Positions 32,575-40,279 of a DNA stretch of 42,139 nucleotides are shown piece by piece. This stretch comes from Candidatus Doudnabacteria bacterium. GTDB taxonomy: Bacteria > Patescibacteriota > Doudnabacteria > UBA920 > 2-01-FULL-46-14. The position numbers and the translations under genes are program-made. The notes under the pieces are model-generated. The model was not told the DNA's origin and searched no databases. It saw nothing but the letters and a program-made list of their open reading frames with translations. The DNA is taken from positions 1 to 42,139 of the forward strand of contig JBGQGB010000002.1 in assembly GCA_041497195.1 (NCBI GenBank), in the 5' to 3' direction. The first letter of the stretch is position 1, and each line of letters opens with the position of its first letter.

Positions 32575-32991
32575 CTAATCATTTAGATTCTGAAAAAATT
32601 GTCTTAATTCAGATACTGTCGTAAGAAAAAATGAATTTGCAAGAGTGAAATTTTCTATAGAGCCAGTAACTTCTTTGCCGTCCACTTGAATTAGTGTTTG
32701 ATGATCGCTATATCTAATGTTGAATACATTTCCTCGATATATATCAGTTGTCGTTAGGTAATGTTTTCCGATTTTACCCCCAACGCGGTTTATCTCTACG
32801 TCGCGAAAAAAAGTAAGGTAAAATTTCATATACGGAGGGAGAAGGGATTGAAATGACAAGTTGAAATCCCTTGCTAGTTTTTCCATCCGTCTATTTCTCG
32901 TTTTTAGATATTCATATAAGAGGATGCTTGGCAAAAAAGCTAAAGACGCAAGTAGAAGGGCGAACGCTAAAAAAATAAGTAGCCCAAGCAT
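32575..32991 (-). CDS. AT-rich hypothetical membrane-anchored protein (138 aa)
   Basis: N-terminal TM; starts 5 nt after the upstream stop; visibly more AT-rich than its flanks. Confidence 0.72.
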   Translation of the reverse strand: MLGLLIFLAFALLLASLAFLPSILLYEYLKTRNRRMEKLARDFNLSFQSLLPPYMKFYLTFFRDVEINRVGGKIGKHYLTTTDIYRGNVFNIRYSDHQTLIQVDGKEVTGSIENFTLANSFFLTTVSELRQFFQNLND

Positions 32992-32996
32992 AACGG

Positions 32997-35012
32997 TTAG
33001 AAATTGAATTGCAGCAGTTCGGAGCCGGTAAGGACATACATGAGTTTTTGTTTTTGCGACTCGTCCACGTAGAGATCAGAGAGATCATGAAATTTGCTGG
33101 ATAGGATTTGTTCCTGGAATTTGCCGTTTTTGTCAAAGACGACGATGCGTTGGTTGTCTGGATCAAGGATATAGATGGATTTGGTATCAGCGGTGGCGAA
33201 GATTCGGGTCGCGTTTTTGAGCGCCGGACTCGTCACAGAGAGGCCGAAGGATTGTTTTTGACCGTTGAAGTATTTATCTACCCTGTCCGGAAATAGCAGA
33301 TACACGCTGCCATCTATCTCAAAATCGCGAATCCCAGCAAAGTTGATACCTTGGTCTTTGAGCCAGGCTTCGGCGGGAGCAAAACCTTTGTCCGAGGCTT
33401 TGCTTCGCCAGATCTGGTTTTGCTTGGTGTCCAGCAGATAGACGCGAGCTGTATTGCCGTCGCCCAAGGTCTGCAGGTCCTGGATATGCGAGTTGGTGGG
33501 GCTCACGACTGCGATTTGTCCGGCGTATCGGCTGATTTGTTGAGTGGCGACTTTGACGCTATCGAGGTTTCCGTCAGTGTCGAGAAATACGTATTCGTGT
33601 GGGCCGCCGACATAAGTGCCCAAACTCAAATTGTTTACGCTGGTACTCGTGCTATTTGGCAAAATAGAATTGGTGGCGCCGGTGCGGAAATCATAAAAAG
33701 AAAAAGTCTTGGTGTTGCGGTTGAACCCGAGGAAGCCATTGGGCGAATGCAAAAGCTCTGTGGGAATATTGGAAAATTGGGTGAGGACTTTGGGATTGTC
33801 AATATGGATTTCGTTATTGATTTTATTTTTGAGAGCGGTGACGCGGGCTGCAAACGATTGACGCTCGGCAGAGGTGCCGCTTCTGGGGTTGTCCGCGAGG
33901 AGCTTTTGCGCGTCGTTTAGAAGAGTAGTGACTTGGTTGTTGTCCTTGTAGATGAGAGCAGCTTCGGCATCGTTGAGGTCTTTGTCGATTTGGGAGACCA
34001 CCGTAGTTTTCTGCGGCTGGTTTTTATTCGCGGATTTGCGCCAGGCGATAAAGACGTTTATCAGGAGAATCGCCAAAACTATGGCAATGGCGGCGAATAG
34101 GTATTTTTTGGGCCGGCGTTTGAAAAAATTCACAACAAGGGCGAAAAGTGCTCCCAGGAGATTTGCAATGACTCCGGCTATGGTCTGCAGGCCGGACCAG
34201 GCGTAGCTGCCGATCGTCATCAGCACTCCGACCCAGCCCTCTTGCCGCCTGACGGCTCGATTGCTTTGATTTTCGGCAGCCCCCAGGGAGAGATTGATTT
34301 CGCGCTCAATGTTCACGGGTTCTTTCTCGGCAATACCTGAGCTGATTTCAAAAATAAAAGTCGCAAAGCCGATCGTTTTCACGTCTTTTAGCACGCTGAT
34401 GATTTCCTGGCAGGTATCGGCGAGATCTTCTTCGCTCAAAAATTTACGCATGCGATCAAGCGAGAGATAGTTGATGAGCTTGTTGGTGCTCAGGATGACC
34501 CGATCGCCGGAAGTGACGCGACCGCTGGAATAATTGGAAAAAATTTTGACTGCCTTGGCGTCTCCCTCGACCAGATCGTCACTGAGGGTGCTCAATTCGT
34601 TTTTTCGCAAAAGATAGACGAGCGCGTTTCCAGTGATCGAAATAGAAAGTTGGTTTTGGCAGACGGCCGCGATGGCGGCGTGAAATTTGCCATACCAGCT
34701 GACCTTGCCTTTGGCCGCCAGGCGCGAAAGAGCCGCATTGATGGCGGTGAGGGCTTGCTCAAAAGTGTTTTGGTCAATATGCGCCGCGGCGATGTACGTT
34801 TTTTTGAAAGCCGATACGAGCATTTGCGCCAGCTGTTCATATTCGAGGCGTCTCGGTTTTGACAGGTTGGCCGCGGCATCAGCTATTTCCAGGGTCACGA
34901 AAAGTTCGACATTTTGCCCGTGTTTAGAAAAAGCCTCCTCATATAGAGAAGTGAAATTTTGGTCCCGAGGATGGGTGAGGAGGATTTGTCCGACCTTGGT
35001 TTTGAGTTTCAT
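32997..35012 (-). CDS. Bitopic protein: degenerate PP2C-like N-domain, TM, helical segment, NHL/beta-propeller-like C-domain
   Basis: TGNALVYLLR and GDRVILSTNKL resemble PP2C motifs; one TM; VYLLD...IWR / IYILDPDNQRIVVFD repeats. ATG 35012 preferred as start. Confidence 0.65.
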   Translation of the reverse strand: MKLKTKVGQILLTHPRDQNFTSLYEEAFSKHGQNVELFVTLEIADAAANLSKPRRLEYEQLAQMLVSAFKKTYIAAAHIDQNTFEQALTAINAALSRLAAKGKVSWYGKFHAAIAAVCQNQLSISITGNALVYLLRKNELSTLSDDLVEGDAKAVKIFSNYSSGRVTSGDRVILSTNKLINYLSLDRMRKFLSEEDLADTCQEIISVLKDVKTIGFATFIFEISSGIAEKEPVNIEREINLSLGAAENQSNRAVRRQEGWVGVLMTIGSYAWSGLQTIAGVIANLLGALFALVVNFFKRRPKKYLFAAIAIVLAILLINVFIAWRKSANKNQPQKTTVVSQIDKDLNDAEAALIYKDNNQVTTLLNDAQKLLADNPRSGTSAERQSFAARVTALKNKINNEIHIDNPKVLTQFSNIPTELLHSPNGFLGFNRNTKTFSFYDFRTGATNSILPNSTSTSVNNLSLGTYVGGPHEYVFLDTDGNLDSVKVATQQISRYAGQIAVVSPTNSHIQDLQTLGDGNTARVYLLDTKQNQIWRSKASDKGFAPAEAWLKDQGINFAGIRDFEIDGSVYLLFPDRVDKYFNGQKQSFGLSVTSPALKNATRIFATADTKSIYILDPDNQRIVVFDKNGKFQEQILSSKFHDLSDLYVDESQKQKLMYVLTGSELLQFNF

Positions 35013-35144
35013 GTGCGAGCTTGACACAAGCATTAACTATAGGCTTATTATAGAGGAAATTCACATTGCAGGGCAAATAACACATGTGTTAGAATTGACC
35101 CATGTTGGCAAGCAGATTTGCCTGAAATCGCGTTTGGACCGGGC

Positions 35145-35173
35145 TTGCCAAAAGGCTCAAGCTGAGGCATAAT
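35145..35173 (+). promoter_or_regulatory. Promoter of the wHTH gene
   Basis: TTGCCA, 17 nt, CATAAT. Confidence 0.6.
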
Positions 35174-35196
35174 AATTTTTACCGCTCAAATCAAAC

Positions 35197-35760
35197 ATGC
35201 TCGAGAATTTATTGAACACGAAGTTGAAAAAAAGGATTTTGGCCATCCTCTTCCGCTTTCCGCAAAGGAGTTTTTCGCGAAATGAGCTCAAAGAACTTTC
35301 AGCAGGGGCAACCCAGCCAGTCGCCTTGGCTTTGCGGGAGTTTGCTCGTGGTGAGGTGGTGAATATGGCCCAGCGAGGTGCCAGAAAGTATTATCGCGTC
35401 AATCCCCGGTTTCCTCTGTATGGGGAATTGCAAGATTTGATTGCCGAAGAGGGCTTTGCTGTCGAGGATCAGGTGGCCAAAAGGCTGAAGCTAGTGCCAA
35501 ATCTTCGGCTATTGGTATTGTCCGGTATTTTTACTTTGCAACCGCATCTGCCGGTGGACGTGGTCGTAGTCGGGGATTATATCAATCGTTTGCGTCTGCA
35601 GCGAGAGCTGGCGGAAGTAGAGAGACTCATCGGACAAGAGGTCAATTTTGCCGTATTGGGGGCCGAGGAATATCAGTACCGCCGCATGATGAACGATCGG
35701 TTCATCCGGGACGTCTTTGATTATCCTCACGTCATCGTCCTCAACACTTTCAAGAAATAA
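35197..35760 (+). CDS. Winged-HTH plus degenerate nucleotidyltransferase-like protein
   Basis: N-terminal wHTH pattern (FSRNELKELS...RKYYRVN); C-terminal LSGIF...VDVVVVGD...EVNFAVL. Confidence 0.65.
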   Translation: MLENLLNTKLKKRILAILFRFPQRSFSRNELKELSAGATQPVALALREFARGEVVNMAQRGARKYYRVNPRFPLYGELQDLIAEEGFAVEDQVAKRLKLVPNLRLLVLSGIFTLQPHLPVDVVVVGDYINRLRLQRELAEVERLIGQEVNFAVLGAEEYQYRRMMNDRFIRDVFDYPHVIVLNTFKK

Positions 35761-35762
35761 AA

Positions 35763-36014
35763 ATGTCGTTTTTCAAACTCGATTCTACTTATGCTCTCTA
35801 CAATCAGTTTTTGAGTTATTTTCCGGAAAAAGTCCACGGTCTTGTCTCCCTGGTTTTGGCGGTTGTGCTGATCTATGGGATCTACAAGGTCGTGCGCAGG
35901 CAATTCGTATATTTGATCTTGCTTGTCATATTGCTGCCGGCCTCAGTTCCGATTTTGAAAAATATCTGGCAGACAGCGCTCGAAGTCTTGAAATTTTTGC
36001 TCAGTAAGAAATAA
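35763..36014 (+). CDS. Small 2-TM membrane protein (83 aa)
   Basis: Starts 2 nt after the previous stop; two hydrophobic helices. Confidence 0.75.
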   Translation: MSFFKLDSTYALYNQFLSYFPEKVHGLVSLVLAVVLIYGIYKVVRRQFVYLILLVILLPASVPILKNIWQTALEVLKFLLSKK

Positions 36015-36140
36015 TAGCGTATTCCGTCGTGAATCTTGGGGTTGACAAGTCTTGGGCCGATGTTTTAATATTCAGGACAGTTTAAATTAATCCTCCTCTC
36101 CCCGAAGCTTTTCTTTGGGGGAGCGAGAAGGAGAAAAATC

Positions 36141-36248
36141 ATGCGAGATCTCTACCTCCAGGACATGCCCGCCGGTGATGGTGATGACGACGGCGAGGAA
36201 AAGCCGAAGGGCGGCGAAGAGGCGAATGATGATGGCGACGAAGCTTAA
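36141..36248 (+). CDS. 35-aa acidic micro-protein (not in the ORF track)
   Basis: MRDLYLQDMPAGDGDDDGEEKPKGGEEANDDGDEA; promoter TTGACA 36042 / TGtTTTAAT 36061-36069, SD AAGGAG, terminator 36268-36300. Confidence 0.7.
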   Translation: MRDLYLQDMPAGDGDDDGEEKPKGGEEANDDGDEA

Positions 36249-36267
36249 TTTTGTTTGAGGGAAGTTT

Positions 36268-36300
36268 AAACCCCCTTCTTTGAGAAGGGGGTTTTGTTTT
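36268..36300 (+). terminator. Terminator of the micro-ORF
   Basis: AAACCCCCTTC-tttga-GAAGGGGGTTT followed by T runs. Confidence 0.85.
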
Positions 36301-36329
36301 TCCTGAAAGTTATCCACATTTTTAAGGTC

Positions 36330-36358
36330 TTGACAAGAGGTGAACGAACGTTTACCAT
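36330..36358 (+). promoter_or_regulatory. lexA promoter with overlapping candidate SOS box
   Basis: TTGACA, 17 nt, TACCAT; GTGAAC-N4-GTTTAC palindrome at 36340-36355. Confidence 0.75.
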
Positions 36359-36366
36359 AGCAATAT

Positions 36367-36978
36367 ATGAATCTTACCAAGCGACAAAAAGAACTTTTTG
36401 ATTATATTGCCGGGAGTATTCGGGACCGGGGTATGCCACCGACTCTTTCCGAAATGGCTAAAGCTTTGCGTGTCAGGTCAAAGAATGCCGTAGCCAAGCT
36501 CTTGGCTATTTTGGAAGACAAGGGGTTTCTGAAGCGGGACGGAACAGCGCGAGGCATCCGGGTTTTTGACGAATTTGAAAATGAGGTCAGCGCCGGAGTG
36601 GTGTCAGTGCCGATTTTGGGCAGTATCCCCGCAGGCGGACCGGTAATGGTCGAGGAACATATTGAGGACTGGGTGAATCTGCCCCATTCTCTGATCCGGG
36701 GCAGGCGAGATGTATTTTTGCTCAAAGTCCGCGGAGACAGTATGGTTGGAGCCGGTATTCTCAATGGTGATCTGGTCATAGTCAAACCTACGCGTGAAGT
36801 GAGAAATGGGGATATCGTGGTGGCCTTGTTGCACGATGAAGCTACAGTGAAACGGTTTATTGAGGTCAACGGCAGACGATACCTCAAGCCGGAAAATTCC
36901 AAGTATCAGAATATCTACCCCCAGGATGAATGGACAGTGCAGGGAAAAGTTGTTGGGGTCATTAGACAGCTCGAATAA
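36367..36978 (+). CDS. lexA: SOS repressor LexA
   Basis: LTKRQ...PPTLSEMA HTH, IPAG cleavage site, GDSM (Ser) and TVKR (Lys). Confidence 0.95.
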   Translation: MNLTKRQKELFDYIAGSIRDRGMPPTLSEMAKALRVRSKNAVAKLLAILEDKGFLKRDGTARGIRVFDEFENEVSAGVVSVPILGSIPAGGPVMVEEHIEDWVNLPHSLIRGRRDVFLLKVRGDSMVGAGILNGDLVIVKPTREVRNGDIVVALLHDEATVKRFIEVNGRRYLKPENSKYQNIYPQDEWTVQGKVVGVIRQLE

Positions 36979-36979
36979 A

Positions 36980-37159
36980 ATGTCTGAACTAGACAAAACT
37001 AAATATCAAGCAATCAGCGTTTTACGCAGTCTCTGCGCGCGCTGCAAAGACGGCGTCGAGCATGTTTGTCCGGTTCGAGAGGTGACTGAGCGCATCGAAG
37101 CGATTCACGGCGTGCCAGTGATTGTCAATGACAAGTTGTGGCACGTGGTCTTCAGTTAA
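36980..37159 (+). CDS. 59-aa protein with CxxC-x5-HxC putative metal site
   Basis: ATG 1 nt after the lexA stop; MSELDKTKYQAISVLRSLCARCKDGVEHVCPV... Confidence 0.75.
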   Translation: MSELDKTKYQAISVLRSLCARCKDGVEHVCPVREVTERIEAIHGVPVIVNDKLWHVVFS

Positions 37160-37163
37160 ATCT

Positions 37164-37436
37164 ATGGCCACAGAGATGCAAGCACAAGAACCGGTTGAAG
37201 TTATCGTTTCTTTCGGGAAAAACGGGGCATTTCCCCATCTCATGAAGTGGGGCAAGGTGACTTACAAAATTCTCAAAGTCAATCTTGTCCATACGATCAA
37301 AGAGGGGGTAGTACGAATTTATTTTTTTTCAGTTTCCGACGACAGCAATGCTTGGAAGCTGGGTTTCAATACAGAAACCCTGTACTGGTGGGTGGAGGAT
37401 CAGTATAGTTTAGGCGAAGCAGAGACTCCGACCTAA
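37164..37436 (+). CDS. Small beta-rich protein (DUF6504/ImuB-C-like pattern)
   Basis: PHLMKWGKVTYKI...YFFSV...WKLGFN...YWWV; ATG 4 nt after the previous stop. Confidence 0.65.
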   Translation: MATEMQAQEPVEVIVSFGKNGAFPHLMKWGKVTYKILKVNLVHTIKEGVVRIYFFSVSDDSNAWKLGFNTETLYWWVEDQYSLGEAETPT

Positions 37437-38227
37437 ACTGTTTTGGCGATAATTTTGTCCAAAAGTTGTTTACCGTTGGCAATGCTGACCAAAGGATTGG
37501 TCTCCATGACTATGTATTGCGGCTGATGAATCCGTAAGAGCTTAGTCAGTTCATCTTGTTCACTGGGATTAGGAAGCATATGAATACCGCCGCTGTTGTA
37601 GGAGATGTGAATGATTTCCGGGCGGGACAGCCGATACATCTCCGGAATATTGATTGACGGTTGTTTGTTCAAGCCTTGGTGCAAGTGGCCGATATCAAAC
37701 ACCAGGCCGCTTTCCAAATTTTTGTCCCGCAGTACTCGTAAAATTTCCAGAGGATCCCAGTAGAAGCGCGGGTCTCGTTTGTGATAAGGGATGTTTTCCA
37801 CGACCAAGTGGAATTTTTTTGCCAAATTGTTGAAGGCAGTACCCATTTCCCAGACCAAATCGCTGTGAGCGAGGAGATAAAACGGTTCGTTTTTGGCTTT
37901 CAGCATCTCTGCCAGGCGTAGACTCGGACTCAGGCTCGCGGGGCCGAGATATATATCCCAAAGGATGGCAAAGACCTTTTGCGACAATTCTTTTTGAGCT
38001 TGGACGCCGTGCCAATGGGAGTTTTTCCACCATTCTGGAAGATGTATGCCTGCCACTTTGACCTGGTAAGCTTGCGCCCAATGCAAAACCTCATCTGGTT
38101 TGGTCCAGCGGTAGGGAACCAGTTCCAGGTATTTAAATCCGAATTTGCGGGCATTATGAAAAGCGGCCCTGATGCCGCCTACAAAAAAAGAAGTGGTATT
38201 GGACAAAACCAGTTCCGGTTTGGACAT
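37433..38227 (-). CDS. Xylose-isomerase-like TIM barrel protein (AP endonuclease 2 superfamily)
   Basis: VVENIP, LVFDIGH, IIHIS, YIVME metal-ligand pattern. Confidence 0.7.
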   Translation of the reverse strand: MSKPELVLSNTTSFFVGGIRAAFHNARKFGFKYLELVPYRWTKPDEVLHWAQAYQVKVAGIHLPEWWKNSHWHGVQAQKELSQKVFAILWDIYLGPASLSPSLRLAEMLKAKNEPFYLLAHSDLVWEMGTAFNNLAKKFHLVVENIPYHKRDPRFYWDPLEILRVLRDKNLESGLVFDIGHLHQGLNKQPSINIPEMYRLSRPEIIHISYNSGGIHMLPNPSEQDELTKLLRIHQPQYIVMETNPLVSIANGKQLLDKIIAKTV

Positions 38228-38320
38228 ATGACATATATTATATCATGACCAAAGTTATTCTCCACTCTAACCCCGATATTATTTGCCTTAGGCAAAAATA
38301 CGGGGCAAGTATGAACTTAT

Positions 38321-39553
38321 ATGATTGTTAAACCCTCGATAGTTCTCCATCTAGATATGAATTCGTATTTTGCGAGTGTGGAACAGCAGGCCAATCCGCA
38401 TTTGCGCAACCGGCCGGTCGGCGTCTGCGAGCATTTGGGCGGAATCATCATCGCGCCCTCGGTAGAGGCCAAAAGAATCGGGATAAAGCTGGGCACCACA
38501 GTCTGGGACGCGCGTAAAATTTATCCGCAGATCGTCCTGCTGCCGGTTGACCCCGAGAAGTATCGGCACGTGACTAAAAGCTTTTTGCGCGTTTTGACTG
38601 ATTATACCGACCGGGTCGAGCGATACAGCATTGATGAAGCGTTTGTGGATTTGAGTCGAATTTGCCGAGATTTTGACGAGGCTTTACTCATCGGCCTCGA
38701 GATCAAGCAGCGTTTGCGCTCCGAGGTCGGGGAGTGGGTATCCTGCTCAGTGGGAATCGGGCCGAACAAACTGGTCGCAAAGATTGCGGCAGACCTGGGT
38801 GAGGGAGATATTGACCGGATTTGCGTAGTGAAGCCGGAAGATATTCCCAAACTTTATAATCGCCTGGCCCTCACTGATATCCCCGGGATTGCGCATCGGC
38901 TCGAAGCCGCCCTCAACCAGCTCGGGATTTTTACCCTGCGCCAGCTGGCGGATTATCCGCTCGGCAACCTTTTGAATCAATTCGGTATCAGCGGATTTTT
39001 TTTGCACCAGATGGCCAATTTTGTCGATACTGCGGAAATGGTGACCCGGGATCTGGAAGAAATCAAATCTTTTGGCCATAGCTATACTGTATCCAAAGCC
39101 ATGAGCGACCCCGGCGATATCCGGAAATTGATCCTCAAACTTTGCGAGAAAGTAGGCAGGCGGATGCGGGCCAAAGGAGCGCAGGGCAATATCGTTCATT
39201 ATTTTCATTCAGACAAACGTTATTTCGGATTTCACAAACAGCGCAAGATCGGTGAGTTTATCAATGACGGCGCGGCTATTTACCGGGCGGTGTTTGCGAT
39301 TTGTCGGTCCCAATTGCCTTTGCGATTTCCTTTGAAAATCATCGGCGTCACGGTTTCGGGATTGCGATTCCAAAACTTTCCGGAGCCGCTTTTTCAGCAA
39401 TACCAAAAACCGATTTGGTTCACGCAGGTCGCCGACAAAATTAACGACAAATACGGAGAGTTTACGATTAGGCGCGCCAGATTGCTGGAAATTCCTGCGG
39501 AATGGGCAAAAGATACAGTGGGATTTGGCCGGATGAAAGAGCTTTCCTCCTGA
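38321..39553 (+). CDS. dinB: Y-family DNA polymerase (DinB/UmuC-like)
   Basis: HLDMNSYFASVEQ, YSIDEAFVD, GIGPNKLVAKIA, little-finger KSFGHSYT. Confidence 0.93.
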   Translation: MIVKPSIVLHLDMNSYFASVEQQANPHLRNRPVGVCEHLGGIIIAPSVEAKRIGIKLGTTVWDARKIYPQIVLLPVDPEKYRHVTKSFLRVLTDYTDRVERYSIDEAFVDLSRICRDFDEALLIGLEIKQRLRSEVGEWVSCSVGIGPNKLVAKIAADLGEGDIDRICVVKPEDIPKLYNRLALTDIPGIAHRLEAALNQLGIFTLRQLADYPLGNLLNQFGISGFFLHQMANFVDTAEMVTRDLEEIKSFGHSYTVSKAMSDPGDIRKLILKLCEKVGRRMRAKGAQGNIVHYFHSDKRYFGFHKQRKIGEFINDGAAIYRAVFAICRSQLPLRFPLKIIGVTVSGLRFQNFPEPLFQQYQKPIWFTQVADKINDKYGEFTIRRARLLEIPAEWAKDTVGFGRMKELSS

Positions 39554-39620
39554 TCCCTGCGTTTAGTTTGGAAACTTGAGTTTTCCACCGAAAAGTGTCG
39601 TAATTTCGATGTTTTTAATA

Positions 39621-39694
39621 TTGACAGAAAAAATGATAGTGGGATATAATGGAGCCAGTAAAGCGAATTGTGGAAAAGAGTGGGGACAAGTGGA
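39621..39694 (+). promoter_or_regulatory. dcw promoter with three MraZ boxes
   Basis: TTGACA, 18 nt, TATAAT; GTGG at 39670, 39680 and 39690 (10-bp period), the known MraZ operator architecture. Confidence 0.85.
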
Positions 39695-39711
39695 TAATTA
39701 ACAAAGGTAAT

Positions 39712-39750
39712 CCTTCGACCCGCCAGCCGTCGGGCAGGCAGGACCGGGCC
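39712..39750. repeat. Mosaic REP-like element in the mraZ leader
   Basis: CCTTCGAC (shared with 32026-32033) followed by CCCG..CGGG and GGCAGGCAGG. Confidence 0.5.
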
Positions 39751-39799
39751 GCAAACATTAGACAAATGCCCGATTTTAGGGAAGGTACCTTAAAAAATA

Positions 39800-40228
39800 A
39801 TGTTTATCGGGGAGTATTCGCTAACAGTGGATGAGAAAGGAAGGCTGTCCATACCCGTCAAGTTTCGCGTCTCGCTTAGCCGCGGAGCCGTGGTGACTAG
39901 GGGTCTGGACAGTGCCCTTTTCCTATACACTGCCAAGGAATGGGAAAATTTAGCGGGCAAGGTTGCGGCCATGCCGTTGAGCAAGGCTAACAACCGGGCG
40001 TTTTCGCGTCTGACCTTGGCGGGCGCGATGGATGTGGAAATGGATAAGCAGGGCCGTGTCATTCTGCCGGATTACTTGCGGGATTTCGCCGGGATAAAAA
40101 AGAAAGTTATCGTCGCCGGCCTCTACAATCGTCTGGAAATTTGGGATGAGGAAAAATGGAACAAATACAAAAAAGATACGGAAAAGACGTCTACTGACAT
40201 CGCTGAAAAGCTCGAGCAAATTGTTTAG
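39800..40228 (+). CDS. mraZ: Division/cell-wall cluster repressor MraZ
   Basis: MFIGEY..TVDEKGRLSIP, DKQGRVILP, RLEIWD. Confidence 0.97.
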   Translation: MFIGEYSLTVDEKGRLSIPVKFRVSLSRGAVVTRGLDSALFLYTAKEWENLAGKVAAMPLSKANNRAFSRLTLAGAMDVEMDKQGRVILPDYLRDFAGIKKKVIVAGLYNRLEIWDEEKWNKYKKDTEKTSTDIAEKLEQIV

Positions 40229-40279
40229 GGTTTAGCCGGCAGTTTTTTTGAAGCGACCGGCTTAATTTCCCGAAGAGTT

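Noticed and set aside
36310-36318. Replication origin from a perfect DnaA box
   Set aside because: Single box, no cluster, no DUE and no dnaA/dnaN nearby.
36087-36380. 97-aa minus-strand ORF upstream of lexA
   Set aside because: Antisense to the 35-aa ORF, which has promoter, SD and terminator support.
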